This document shows, in pieces, positions 26,994 through 37,600 of a stretch of DNA of 64,000 nucleotides (position 1 is its first letter; each line of letters opens with the position of its first letter). The notes under the pieces are model-generated. The model did not search any database, was not told the origin of the DNA, and worked only from the letters and a program-made list of their open reading frames with translations. The DNA is from Polyangiales bacterium (GTDB taxonomy: Bacteria; Myxococcota_A; Polyangia; Polyangiales; Houyiibacteriaceae): positions 1-64,000 of the forward strand of contig JBGCFM010000143.1 in assembly GCA_045106895.1 (NCBI GenBank). Reading direction: 5' to 3'. The translations under genes and the position numbers were made by a program.

Positions 26994-29198
26994 ATGCGTT
27001 CGATGATTCGTATATCTGTCCTTTGTGGCGTTCTTTTTGGTGGATGGTCCGCCGGAAGTACCGCCCATGCTCAGTCCCACCAGGTTCGAACCGTGGAAGT
27101 GCGTGGCGAAGGCCACCGCGCCGAGGTTGCCATTCGCGGCGCATTCGATGTGCCGACCTACGCGGTTCGTAGTCGCCGCGAAGGTCGTGTCGTCGTTATC
27201 GATGTCGCCGACGCCTCGCTTCCGGAAGGGGGCATTGAGACGACTGGTCTGGCGTCCCTCGTCTCACAGGCAGTGGCGACGACGACAGCGCGAGGCGTGC
27301 GTCTTGAGTTGACGACTACCGAGGCGGTTACCTACCGCGCTCGCTCGCGGAACGGCCGCATTGTCATTCGCCTCGACCGCGCAGGCGAAACGACGGCGGA
27401 GGCGCCGGCTCGCACCGAGCGTGCTCGCCAGGCTCATTCGACGCTGCAAAACGTGTCGATCGAGAACCGTGACGGCCGCGACCGTGTGGTCGTCGACCTC
27501 GACCAGGCAGCGGCATTTCGCGTGCGACGAAGCGGAGGTGCGCAGCGCCTTGAGATTCGCGATGCGCGCCTTGCACGTCGCGTTCGTCGTACCGTCGCAG
27601 GACGAAACGACGGCCTCGTCCGTGGTGTCAGCGTTCGCGTCGAAGACGAGTTGGTGATTCTTGAGGCTGACAGCGAGGCCAACGCTGAAGGCACCGCGAT
27701 TCGTTCCGGAAACCGTATCGTTTGGATGTTTGCTCCCGGTGAGCGCGGCGCGACGGTGCGACCTCGGACGCGCACGATTGCACGCGAAGAAGCCTACGAA
27801 GAGCAGGGCGAAGCCGTGACCGGCGAGACCGCAGAGGTTGCCGCATTCCTCAGCGATGTTCCTCTTCAGGTTCGCGGAAGCCGTGGCCGCCGGCGCTACG
27901 GAGGACGACGCATCGACCTCGACTTCAAGGACGCGGACATTCACAACATTCTGCGACTTATCTCCGAGGTGGGCGGCGTCAACGTTGTGACCGCCGATGA
28001 TGTTGCCGGCAGTGTCACGATTCGTATGCGCAACGTCCCTTGGGACCAGGCGCTCGACGTAATCCTTCAGGCGAAGGGTCTTGGAATGGTCCGCCGCGGC
28101 AACCTGATTCGCGTGGCGCCCTTGGCGACGCTCGAGAAGGAGCGTGAGGCAGCGATTGCACGTCGTAAGCAGGAAGTTGAGCTAGCTCCCCTTGAGACGC
28201 GACTCGTTCCTGTCAGCTACGCTACGGCTACGGAGCTTGCAGCACGCGTACAGGAGCTTTTGACGGAGCGCGGACATGTGTCCGTTGATGAGCGAACGAA
28301 TGTTCTCATCGTTCGTGATGTTGCCAACCAGCTCAACGACGTGGAAGAGCTTGTTCGCACCCTGGACACACAGACGCCTCAGGTTCTTATCGAGGCTCGC
28401 ATCGTCGAAGCTACCAGTCAGTACACCCGCGACGTTGGTATTCAGTGGGGTGGCGATGTCACAGCAAGCTCCGCGAACGGAAACCCAACGGGTCTTGCGT
28501 TCCCGAGCAACGTTGGCGTCACTGGTGGTAACTACGACCAGCAGTCGCCAACTGCAGGTCTCTCGCCATTCCAGCGTGTCGTCGCGAATCCAAACTACGC
28601 CGTCAACTTGCCCGCCATCACAGGCACAGGCCAGGGTGGTGCTATTGGTCTGACGCTCGGAAGCGTCGGTGGCGGTGTGAACTTGAACGTTCGACTCAGC
28701 GCCGCGGAGGCGAACGGTGTCGTTCGTATCATCAGCAGCCCGCGTATTCTGACCCTCGACAACCACGAGGCTCATATCGCTCAGGGTACGTTGATTCCGT
28801 TTAGCCAGGTCAGCGCTCAGGGCGTCAACACGGCGTTCCAGGAAGCCAAGCTTGAGCTTCGCGTTCGTCCACACGTCACGAGCGACGGGTCGGTCTCCAT
28901 GCACGTTGAGATTACGCGCGATGAGCCTGACTTTACTCGAACTTCGACTCGCGGTGACCCGACGATTCTCAAGCGCGAAGCTGAGACGGACCTCCTCATC
29001 CCCGACGGCAACACGGCGGTTATCGGTGGCATCTACACGCGAAACACCGGCCGCAACGTGGACCAGGTTCCATTCTTCGGAGACATCCCGGTTCTCGGTG
29101 TTCTCTTTCAGCGCCGTCGCGTTCGCGACGAGCGAAACGAGCTGCTCATCTTCCTCACGCCACGCATCGTGAACCGAGCCGAAGCTCTCCCACAGTAA
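26994..29198 (+). CDS. pilQ: type IV pilus secretin PilQ with N-terminal AMIN-like domains
   Basis: YGGRRIDLDFKDADIHNILR, VPWDQALD, DERTNVLIV, QVLIEARIVE, SSPRILTLDN, VPFFGDIPVLG, ELLIFLTPRI. Confidence 0.96.
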   Translation: MRSMIRISVLCGVLFGGWSAGSTAHAQSHQVRTVEVRGEGHRAEVAIRGAFDVPTYAVRSRREGRVVVIDVADASLPEGGIETTGLASLVSQAVATTTARGVRLELTTTEAVTYRARSRNGRIVIRLDRAGETTAEAPARTERARQAHSTLQNVSIENRDGRDRVVVDLDQAAAFRVRRSGGAQRLEIRDARLARRVRRTVAGRNDGLVRGVSVRVEDELVILEADSEANAEGTAIRSGNRIVWMFAPGERGATVRPRTRTIAREEAYEEQGEAVTGETAEVAAFLSDVPLQVRGSRGRRRYGGRRIDLDFKDADIHNILRLISEVGGVNVVTADDVAGSVTIRMRNVPWDQALDVILQAKGLGMVRRGNLIRVAPLATLEKEREAAIARRKQEVELAPLETRLVPVSYATATELAARVQELLTERGHVSVDERTNVLIVRDVANQLNDVEELVRTLDTQTPQVLIEARIVEATSQYTRDVGIQWGGDVTASSANGNPTGLAFPSNVGVTGGNYDQQSPTAGLSPFQRVVANPNYAVNLPAITGTGQGGAIGLTLGSVGGGVNLNVRLSAAEANGVVRIISSPRILTLDNHEAHIAQGTLIPFSQVSAQGVNTAFQEAKLELRVRPHVTSDGSVSMHVEITRDEPDFTRTSTRGDPTILKREAETDLLIPDGNTAVIGGIYTRNTGRNVDQVPFFGDIPVLGVLFQRRRVRDERNELLIFLTPRIVNRAEALPQ

Positions 29199-29215
29199 GC
29201 GCAGTCCTTGCACTG

Positions 29216-29247
29216 AAAAGAGGCGGTCCGAAAGGGCCGCCTTTTTT
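29216..29247 (+). terminator. intrinsic (probably bidirectional) terminator after pilQ
   Basis: AAAAGAGGCGGTCC-gaaa-GGGCCGCCTTTTTT. Confidence 0.85.
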
Positions 29248-29283
29248 CGTTTCTGGTGGCCTCGATTCTGTCAGACTCCGCGT

Positions 29284-30810
29284 GTGCGAGTTTTCTTATC
29301 GGGCATGATGGGTACGGGAAAGTCGACGGTCGGGAGACGCGTTGCTCATGCGATGAACCTTCGTTTCATCGATCTCGATGCGGAGCTCGAGGCCAGGCTT
29401 GGTAAGACAGTGAGCGAGTATTTCGCCGACGAAGGCGAGACTCGTTTTCGCGCTCAAGAGGCAGAGCTCGCCCTCGAACTAAGTCGCGATGAAGATTTGC
29501 TGATCGCGCTTGGGGGCGGGACCGTCACTAATGGCGCGGTTCGACGTGCGCTGTGTGCGCGCGGACTCCTCGTGACGCTGACGTGCGATGTCGGTGTCCT
29601 CGCCGAGCGCCTAGGCGGCGACAGCACCCGACCGCTCCTGGGACGGGGCGAAGAACTTCCGAGGCGGCTGGCGAACATTGCGAAGGAGAGGGCGGCTGCC
29701 TACGCGGAGTGCCACGCGGAAGTGGACGCAGGCGCCACTCCCGACGAGGTAGCCGCACGTGTTCGAGAGCGCATTATCGACGCACCCCTCGCGGTGATGC
29801 TCGGTGCGCGTAGCTACCGAGTTGAGATTGGTCGTGGAGCCATCGCGCGCCGTCCAAGTACCTCCACCGGAGAGCTCGAGGTCGCGGATACGAACACGTC
29901 ACGGTACGCGGGGTCAGCGTTCGAGCTGCAGGCTGGTGAGTCTCACAAGACCATCGAAGCCGTCGCTTCTATCTGGGATGAAGCGATTGGGCGCGGACTT
30001 GACCGGCACAGTCGCTTCGTGGGTGTCGGTGGAGGCGTTGTTGGGGACCTCACAGGTTTTGCGTCGTCGAGTTACCTTCGTGGTGTCCGCTTTGGTCTCG
30101 TCGCGACGTCCATCGTCGCCATGGTCGACAGCAGTGTGGGCGGAAAGACCGGCTTTAATCGTCCAGGGGGTAAGAACTTGGTTGGTGCATTTCATCAGCC
30201 AGAGTTCGTAGTGTGCGATATCGACATGTTGCATAGCCTCCCGGAGGACGAATACCGATCAGGACTAGCGGAGGTTGTAAAGTCGCTGTGGCTGGATAGC
30301 GACGAGCGTGTTCGTGAAATCGAGTCTCTTGTGGACGCCCTCAACGCGCGCGAGCCAAGGGCGGTCGAACAAGTGGTGCGAGGGAGCGTGGCTCTCAAGG
30401 CGCGTATTGTTGAAGCGGATGAACGCGAAAAGGGACAGCGTATGCTGCTCAACTTGGGTCATACGCTGGGTCACGGCTTTGAGGCCGCCGCAGGCTTTGG
30501 CGCACTGCGCCACGGAGACGCCGTTTCCCTCGGCATGGCCGCTGCGTGCGACGTTTCTCTCGCGCTTGGTGCGATGAGCGTCGATGGTGCCCGGAGAATG
30601 CGGGGTCTACTCGAACGAATGCGCTTGCCCACCGATTACGAGCGGCACCTTACAAGAGCGTCGTTGGCTTTCGTGGAGCGAGACAAGAAGCGTGTCGGCG
30701 ACGCTATTCGCTTCGTTCTGCCGCATGAGCCTGGCGAAACTACGCTGACCGAGTTGAAGCCCGCCGAGCTGCCGGCGCTGCTGAGCCGCGGAGCGTCGAA
30801 GCGGGCGTAG
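29284..30810 (+). CDS. aroKB: bifunctional shikimate kinase / 3-dehydroquinate synthase (AroK-AroB fusion)
   Basis: GMMGTGKS, DLD, GETRFR, LGGG, RPLL (AroK); GGGVVGD, VDSSVGGKTG, KNLVGAFHQP, LNLGHTLGH, HGDAV, DKK (AroB). Confidence 0.93.
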   Translation: MRVFLSGMMGTGKSTVGRRVAHAMNLRFIDLDAELEARLGKTVSEYFADEGETRFRAQEAELALELSRDEDLLIALGGGTVTNGAVRRALCARGLLVTLTCDVGVLAERLGGDSTRPLLGRGEELPRRLANIAKERAAAYAECHAEVDAGATPDEVAARVRERIIDAPLAVMLGARSYRVEIGRGAIARRPSTSTGELEVADTNTSRYAGSAFELQAGESHKTIEAVASIWDEAIGRGLDRHSRFVGVGGGVVGDLTGFASSSYLRGVRFGLVATSIVAMVDSSVGGKTGFNRPGGKNLVGAFHQPEFVVCDIDMLHSLPEDEYRSGLAEVVKSLWLDSDERVREIESLVDALNAREPRAVEQVVRGSVALKARIVEADEREKGQRMLLNLGHTLGHGFEAAAGFGALRHGDAVSLGMAAACDVSLALGAMSVDGARRMRGLLERMRLPTDYERHLTRASLAFVERDKKRVGDAIRFVLPHEPGETTLTELKPAELPALLSRGASKRA

Positions 30811-30892
30811 AACGCGAGTAATTTGGCCTGGCGGCGTGAGGTCGCTAATCTGTGGCTCATGCGTGGTCTCTATTCCACGCCGGAGGTTTCGA

Positions 30893-31567
30893 ATGCGCTT
30901 CTCGCTTGTCGCTCTCATGTTGGCTCTCGGTCTCGGCGGTTGTGTCGATGACAATATTTCGGTGTTCATTCTTGGTAATATCGCGCCCGAAGTTGACGAT
31001 GAAGGCTGCAGTTTCTCGCCCGATTCGAACATCGGGATCACGCAAGGGCGGTGGGACATCACCGGTTCTCAACGCTATGCCGGCAACTACGTCGTCAACG
31101 TCGCGGTCGTAAACCAGATTCAAGCGCGAGCGAGTACCGTGGCGGCTGAGCCGAACGGGGTTCAGATCAGCGGCGCTGAAGTTACGCTGCGAGACCTCGC
31201 GGGCGACCCCATTGCGTTCGGTGGCTTGCCCAACCCATTTAGTGTTCCGGCGAGCGTGTACATTCCACCCGCAGACGGTCCAGACAACACGAGTTCGTCG
31301 GCGGTTTCGATTGTTGCCGTGCCTCGTGACTACGGTGCCTCGTTGATGGCATCCGGTACCGTGGACACGACGATCGTCGCGTCACTTCGACTCGTAGGCA
31401 TGACCAACGGTCAGATCGACATTCGCACCGGCGAGTGGGACTTCCCGATCTCCATCTGCACGGACTGTCTCTTTGGGTGCCCTCCCACAGGTGAAGACGC
31501 GATTCTCTCCTGCAATCCGGGACAGGACGACGTCTCCCTGGATCCAAGCACGCCTGGTTGCATGTAA
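30893..31567 (+). CDS. myxobacterial lipoprotein, hypothetical
   Basis: GGAGG RBS, MRFSLVALMLALGLGGC lipobox, beta-rich body and Cys-containing C-terminus (CNPGQD). Confidence 0.75.
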   Translation: MRFSLVALMLALGLGGCVDDNISVFILGNIAPEVDDEGCSFSPDSNIGITQGRWDITGSQRYAGNYVVNVAVVNQIQARASTVAAEPNGVQISGAEVTLRDLAGDPIAFGGLPNPFSVPASVYIPPADGPDNTSSSAVSIVAVPRDYGASLMASGTVDTTIVASLRLVGMTNGQIDIRTGEWDFPISICTDCLFGCPPTGEDAILSCNPGQDDVSLDPSTPGCM

Positions 31568-31573
31568 GTGACG

Positions 31574-31600
31574 CGGTGCGTTCCGCTTAGGAACGCACCG
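31574..31600. terminator. perfect 11-bp hairpin between convergent genes; stop codon of the giant TPR gene lies in the loop
   Basis: CGGTGCGTTCC-gctta-GGAACGCACCG. Confidence 0.65.
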
Positions 31601-34600
31601 TGATCAGCGTGTTTGAGAACGCGAGCCGTACGATGGCTGCTCCAGCGGGTGAACGCTGCATGTGCTCCTCGTACTCGGCTGGTTGAATGCCCACGAAATG
31701 CAGGCTCTCGGCGATTCGCCCATCGGCGAGGTAACCGGCTCGGCCTGCGCATTCCCAGACGATGCCGCGAAGATGGTCGATGTCCGGACGTTCTTCGGAA
31801 CCCACGAGTCGGCGTAAGGTGGTCTGCCGTCGCGCCGGGATGGTGCGCCAGAGCTCGCCCATTTGAATCGCCGCTTCGTGGCTGACCGTGTTCGCGGCCT
31901 TCGCTGGGCCAAAGGCCGCATAGACGGCGTCAACGACCACCTTGAGCTGGGTGTCATCCAAGCTGGCGATCAAAATGTGCTCACTGGCGCAGAGCGCAGC
32001 CGCGGCGGCGAAGCGAAATGGAAGAGAGTCTGGGTCGAGAACGGAGCCCGCCACGATGGCTGGGGGCAATGTTGGCGCGGGCTTCACGCCTTCACCCGGG
32101 CCTCGAAAGATAGGAATGTCCGCGGACACATAGGTCGCTGCGTGCCCAAGGGGACCGAGTGTTAGCGCCGTGACGCGTTCGGTACCGACGATGCCGAGGT
32201 CTTCGTGAGAGGCCCGAAAGAGTAGACCCGCCTCGGCCCAGACAAGACCGAGAGCGTCCAAGAAGGGATGACCGTGGTCGCGAACAAGCTCCGCGGCTTC
32301 TCCGCGCTTGATCGCGGAGCGCCAAGTGCGGTTCACCGTGATGAGCTCTTCATTGAGGAAGGCGTTCAGCTCACGCACCGTTTGAAGCACAGCGCGCGCG
32401 TCGGTGCGTTCCGCGTGATCCTCGAGAGGCGCAAGAAGCTCACGGCACCAAGGCGTACGTCGGAGAGCGCCAACGAGAACTTCCACGGACTCACGCTCGC
32501 GTCCTGGCGTGGCGGCGAGGAGTTCGGCTAGGGCAAGCGCGGCGTCGGGATCTCCACTTTGAACTTTGACGCGAAGGTCGCCTTCGCCGTCGAGTGGCTC
32601 CGGCGGGCGTAGCCAGCGGTTCGCGGATGCCGGGGCTGTGTGTTCAAGTCCACGACTATTCGAAGCTTGCTCGTTCGTCGCTGAATCGGTGGCGTTGGTG
32701 TCACCGGTGACCCGCCCGTAGCGCGACTCCGGTGTGCCAGGAACACTCCGGGTTTCCGGCTGATCACGTTCGTCATCCCTCGCTTCTTCGGCTTCTTCGG
32801 CTTCTTCGGCTTCTTCGGCTTCTTCGGCTTCTTCGGCTTCTTCGGCTTCTTCGGCTTCTTCGGCTTCTTCGGCTTCTTCGGCTTCTTCGGCTTCTTCGGC
32901 TTCTTCGGGTGCTTCGGCTTCTTCGGGTGCTTCGGCTTCTTCGGCTGCTGGTTCGGCTTCTTCGGGTGCTTCGGCTTCTTCGGGTGCTTCGGCTTCTTCG
33001 GGTGCTTCGGCTTCTTCGGCTGCTGGTTCGGCTTCTTCGGCTGCTGGTTCGGCTTCTTCGGCTGCTGGTTCGGCTTCTTCGGCTTCTGGTTCGGCTTCTG
33101 GTTCGGCTTCTGGTTCGGCTTCTGGTTCGGCTTCTGGTTCGGCTTCTGGTTCGGCTTCGGCCTGAACGGCTACTTCGGCCTCGTTCGCGTGCACTTCGCC
33201 AGCATCAGTTTCGGACGCCTCGACCACTGCGTTCTCGGCGTTCTCGGCCAACGCTTCGGTGTTGGTGTCTTCGCTGTAGGCCGCGTGCGCGGGCCCGCTA
33301 TCCAACTCGTCAGCGAGGTCCGCAAAGGACATCGCGTCGTCACGTTGGGGCTGCTCTTTCGGCGGGTCTGGAAGGGCCACGCCAAGCCGTTCGACCACAC
33401 CGCGGGCGCCAATGTGTTCGTGGTCATAACCCAACGCGCGCTCCGCGTACTCACGCGCGAGTTCGGGACTGGTTTCCAGCACAGCGGCGGCGCAGTGAGC
33501 GAAGCCGTCTGCCCCAAAGCGTGGAGGGATGTCCTCTTCTTCTTCCAGGAGCGCACTCAGCTCGTGGAGTGTTTGCGCAGCGGCGTCAGGAGACTCCGCT
33601 TCACGGTATTGAAGCTCGGCCAAAGTGCCTAGAGTCGCCGCCTGGTCATCGGAGTTCCACGTCGAGTCAATGCGAGCCCGCAGGCCGCCGACAATGCGTT
33701 CCACGAATGCTTGGCGCTCCGTGGGGGACTCCACCTTGTTGAGCAGCTTTCTCATTTCTGGAACGAGTTCGCTCTTCTGTGTGTCTTCCCAGACGCCGGC
33801 GAGTCGATCGAGGGCGGCACTGGGGTCGCCCATGTCGAGGTCTAAGAGGGCGACGAGCCTACGTTCAACGCGAAGGCGATGATCGACGTGTGTTTGACGG
33901 TCTGCGAGGGCACGCAGGGCGTCGGCCCAGACCACGAGCTGACCAGACCGTCGTGCGAGTCGTTCGATCGATGAGAGAATGACTCCGTCGCCTGGATCAT
34001 CATGAAACGCGGCTTGGTAGCTCTGGAGTGCGGCGGATTCGTCGCCAAGCCGTTCCAGCCAACGCGCGCAACGGTAGGTGGTGCCTCGTCTTCCGTGGGG
34101 ACCCATCGCCACTTTGCGCAGGTGATCGTAGACCGCCATCGCGGTCTCTCGGTCCTTCTCCCGCAGCGTGAGTCGTTCGAAGAGCAGCATCAAATCGGCT
34201 CCGCGGATCCCGCGCTTCAACGCATCTCCTGCCACTTCGATGGCAACCGGCCGAGAGGAGAGCAGCGTCTCCGCAATCGCTACGCCGGTCACAACCCAAC
34301 GTTGCGCGAGGGTGGGGTGCTCACGGCGTGCGGCGTCTGCGCGCCGAACGAGGAGGTCGATGGCGCTTCGGTGATCACCCAGCTTCGAGAGGACCGCGGC
34401 GGCGGTCTCGGTGCTCGCCGGGTCGGCTGCGAGGTCTTCCATCGCACTTCGTGCGCGTGCGGGTTCGCGCAGGTGCCGGAAGGCGATGACCGCCATGGCG
34501 ATGCTCGCTCGCTCCCGCTCCGCTGCGCCACGGCTCGCGCTGCGTTGGAGGGCGTGGATGGCGTAAAGCCGTTCGTACTCCCCACACTCACCGTAAATCT

Positions 34601-37600
34601 CCGAAAGGCGCGTCAGGGCTCTTTGGTCGCTCGGGTCGTCAGCGAGGACTCGGAGGAGCGTGCGCGCTTCGCTGGGCGTACGACGTGCGTTTCGCCGAAG
34701 CACCGAGAGTTCACGAAGGGCGTCGGCGAAGTCATCGTCCCAGATGACTCGTCGCTCGAGAATGAGGGCTCGCGTTTCATCATCACGCGCATACTCGTCG
34801 GCAGCGGAGAGGAGACGCGGGTCGCTGGTCTGATCCGTCGCTCGGACCAGAATTCGCGCCGCATCGTCCGGGTGGGTCTCAGCCATGAGACGAGCGCCGG
34901 CGACGATGCGCATGCCGGACGGTCGCGATACGGAGGCCAGCCATGCATCGAGAGCGTTCATCGCTCGCTCGACATCTCCGCTCTCGCATGCCGCGTCGAA
35001 CCGTTCTGGCGGTCGCTGCCGTGCCCGGTCCGGCGACGCTTCGGCGGTTCGCATCAGCTCGGCGAGGACGTCCGGCTGATGCTGTCGACTCATGTCGATG
35101 GCTCGTTCGAGGAGCACGGCGTCCGTCGGCGCCACGTTTCGCGCTGCCTCGATTCTTTCCCACTGTTCGGTGGGCGAGCCATACTCCAGCAGAGCACGCT
35201 CGATGAGCGCCGGAACGCAACGTGGGTCGATGGCTAGCGCTCGGTCCAAGTCCTCAAGAGCGGCAGCGCCGCCGGTTCCCTCGCGCGCGCGCTCCACCCA
35301 AAGTGGCGCGTGCGTCGCTCGCTGCGGCGCCTGAAGACGCGCGTCTCGCGCTGCCCGACGTTCGCGTGGATTGCCAACGAGTCGCGCGGCGAGTTCGAAA
35401 CGAGCGATGGCGACATGGTTGCTCGGGGAGCGAGTGCACCAATCTTGGGCTCGCTGCGTGAGCATCGACCAGCGCCCCTGCAGCGCGAGTAGTCCAGTCA
35501 GCTCGTCGAGAAGCCGGTCACGGTCTGTCGAAACGGACACGCGGTCGTGCTGGTCGAGGAGAGACGAGACCCTGGCCTCCGGGTCTCCACTCAGAGCGAG
35601 CAGTCGTCTAAGCGCCTCCGCGGCGCTTCGGTCATCGGGGTGGCCGCTCAGGTATTCGCGATACAGAGCGGCGGCGCGACTTCGATGTTCAGGGTGGTCG
35701 CGGAGCATGGCGGCGAGCCGGCGAACCGCGGCGGGCCGGGTCGCATCGTCGGCGCTGTCTAGGTCTTCTTCCGCGAGACGCAGCAAGCTCGATCGCACCG
35801 CCGCCTTCTCGCCGAGCCGAAGTGCCTCTCGTCCAGCGTCTTCGCGACCGGTTCGAGCATGAACCATACGCCAGGCCCACGCTGCGCGGTGAACACTGCC
35901 CAAGCGAGCTTCGGCGAGGCCTGCGAGACGCTCGAAGAGCGGAACAGCGGCGGCGGCGTCGGCACGAACGGCGGCACGCTCAAGCCCGTCGGCGAGGATA
36001 TTCGCGTCGCGGGATTCGTCTGCGCTCATCGTCAGCGCCTGAAGCGCGTCCGCGGAGCTTGGGTCCGCCTCGAGGGCGCGGGTGGTCAGCTCATGAGACC
36101 AGAGCCGGCCTTGACCCGGGAGTGCGGCGAAGGCCTCGGCGGCTCTTAGGAACCAATCGCATGCGACGGAGCCGCTGGTGAGCGTTGCGAAGCGTTCAAG
36201 GAGAACGGCGCGTAACTCGGGCTCGCTGGCCTCCATCGCGTCGTGAGCGAGCGGCTCGTAGAGGACCTGAATAGACGCGTCTCGAACAAAGGCGTCGAAG
36301 AGAAGGGCGAAGGCCAGGTCCGGGCGTCGAATGAACTCTGCGTGCTCTGCGGCTTCCAGACGCATCGCGCGAGCGAGGCCGAGGTCGTCTGCTGTGTCGG
36401 CGTGTTCTCGGAGGCGGTGAATCGCAGACTCGGGCTGACCTCCCCGAACCAAAAGCTCAGCTTTGCGGAGCTCGCTGTCTAGGTTGACCCCGCTGAGACC
36501 GCCGCCGCCCAGAATCGTCTCGGCTTTCGCGCTGAGCTGTGCGTCGCCGCTTTCGAGGGCCAAGAAGGCCCAGACCTCGGCGTCTCCGCCGTCGAGCTCA
36601 AGGTGGTCGCGCAAGAGGTCGGCGGCACGTTCGCGCTCGCCAGACTGGAGGGCCAGTTTCGCTTCAAAGCGGCGGCATTCGCCCGCGGTTTGCTCGGAGG
36701 CGACGGCGGTGGCGGAAGAAGCATACGCGCGGGCTAGTTCACGTTGGCCCGTCGCGATGCACAGCCGAGCGGACTGAAGAAGAGCCGTGATGTCCGTGGG
36801 GTCTGCGGATGCTGCCTCGCGATAAGCGCGACACGCCTCGTCGAGGGCTCCGTGAATCTGAAGCCACGCGTCGCCGGCGGCGGCCCATGCCTCCGCGCGG
36901 TCTGGGCCGGGCGCGTTCATCGCCTCCAAGAAGGTAATCCGCGATTCGATGTCGAAGAGCGGGTCTTCCAGGGGCGCGGCTGATTGGTCGGCGAACGAAG
37001 GGAGCTGGATGTCGTGAATCGCGAGGCTTGGTGGCGGGACCGTGGCCCCCGGCGTGAGCTGACGAAGAGGGGGGCGCGCCGGGGCTAGGCTCGCGCGCCC
37101 AAGGTTTGGCAGCTCGCTCCGTGGGGTCTCAGCCGCTTCTTCGGCGGTGATGAACATCGCAAAGCCGGCACGTGCGAGGGCCGCAAGACGAGGGGCGGCG
37201 CCGGGGTGTCGTACAAGGAGACGCGCCAGAGACTCGTCTTCCGGCGGGTCGTAGGTGAGCCAACGGCGAGCCTCCGAGAGGTCTGCTTCGCTCTCTTCGA
37301 GGCGCCAGGCGAACACCAATTCGGCGTGGGCGCCGACCATCCCGGCATCTCGGTTTCCCGCGCGGCGAGCGAGAGCGTCGAGGAGGATTGGAATGAAGGC
37401 CTCGCCTTGGAGGGTGGTGGCGACGGGGCCGAGGGGCGCGGGAGAAAGAGGGCTGTCTGAATCTAGGACGGCGACGAGGCGGTCGATCCAGGCGGCGCGT
37501 CGTGCGCGGCGCAACACACTCCCGCCCAGACGTTCGCGGAGCGCGGCGAGAACTTCGTCATCCTCGCCGACGTCGAACTCACGAGCGTCGCGTGGGGTGA

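Noticed and set aside
32732..33742. 336-aa plus-strand ORF with (LLR)n repeats
   Set aside because: Antisense shadow of the EEA/EAP tandem repeat inside the giant TPR gene.
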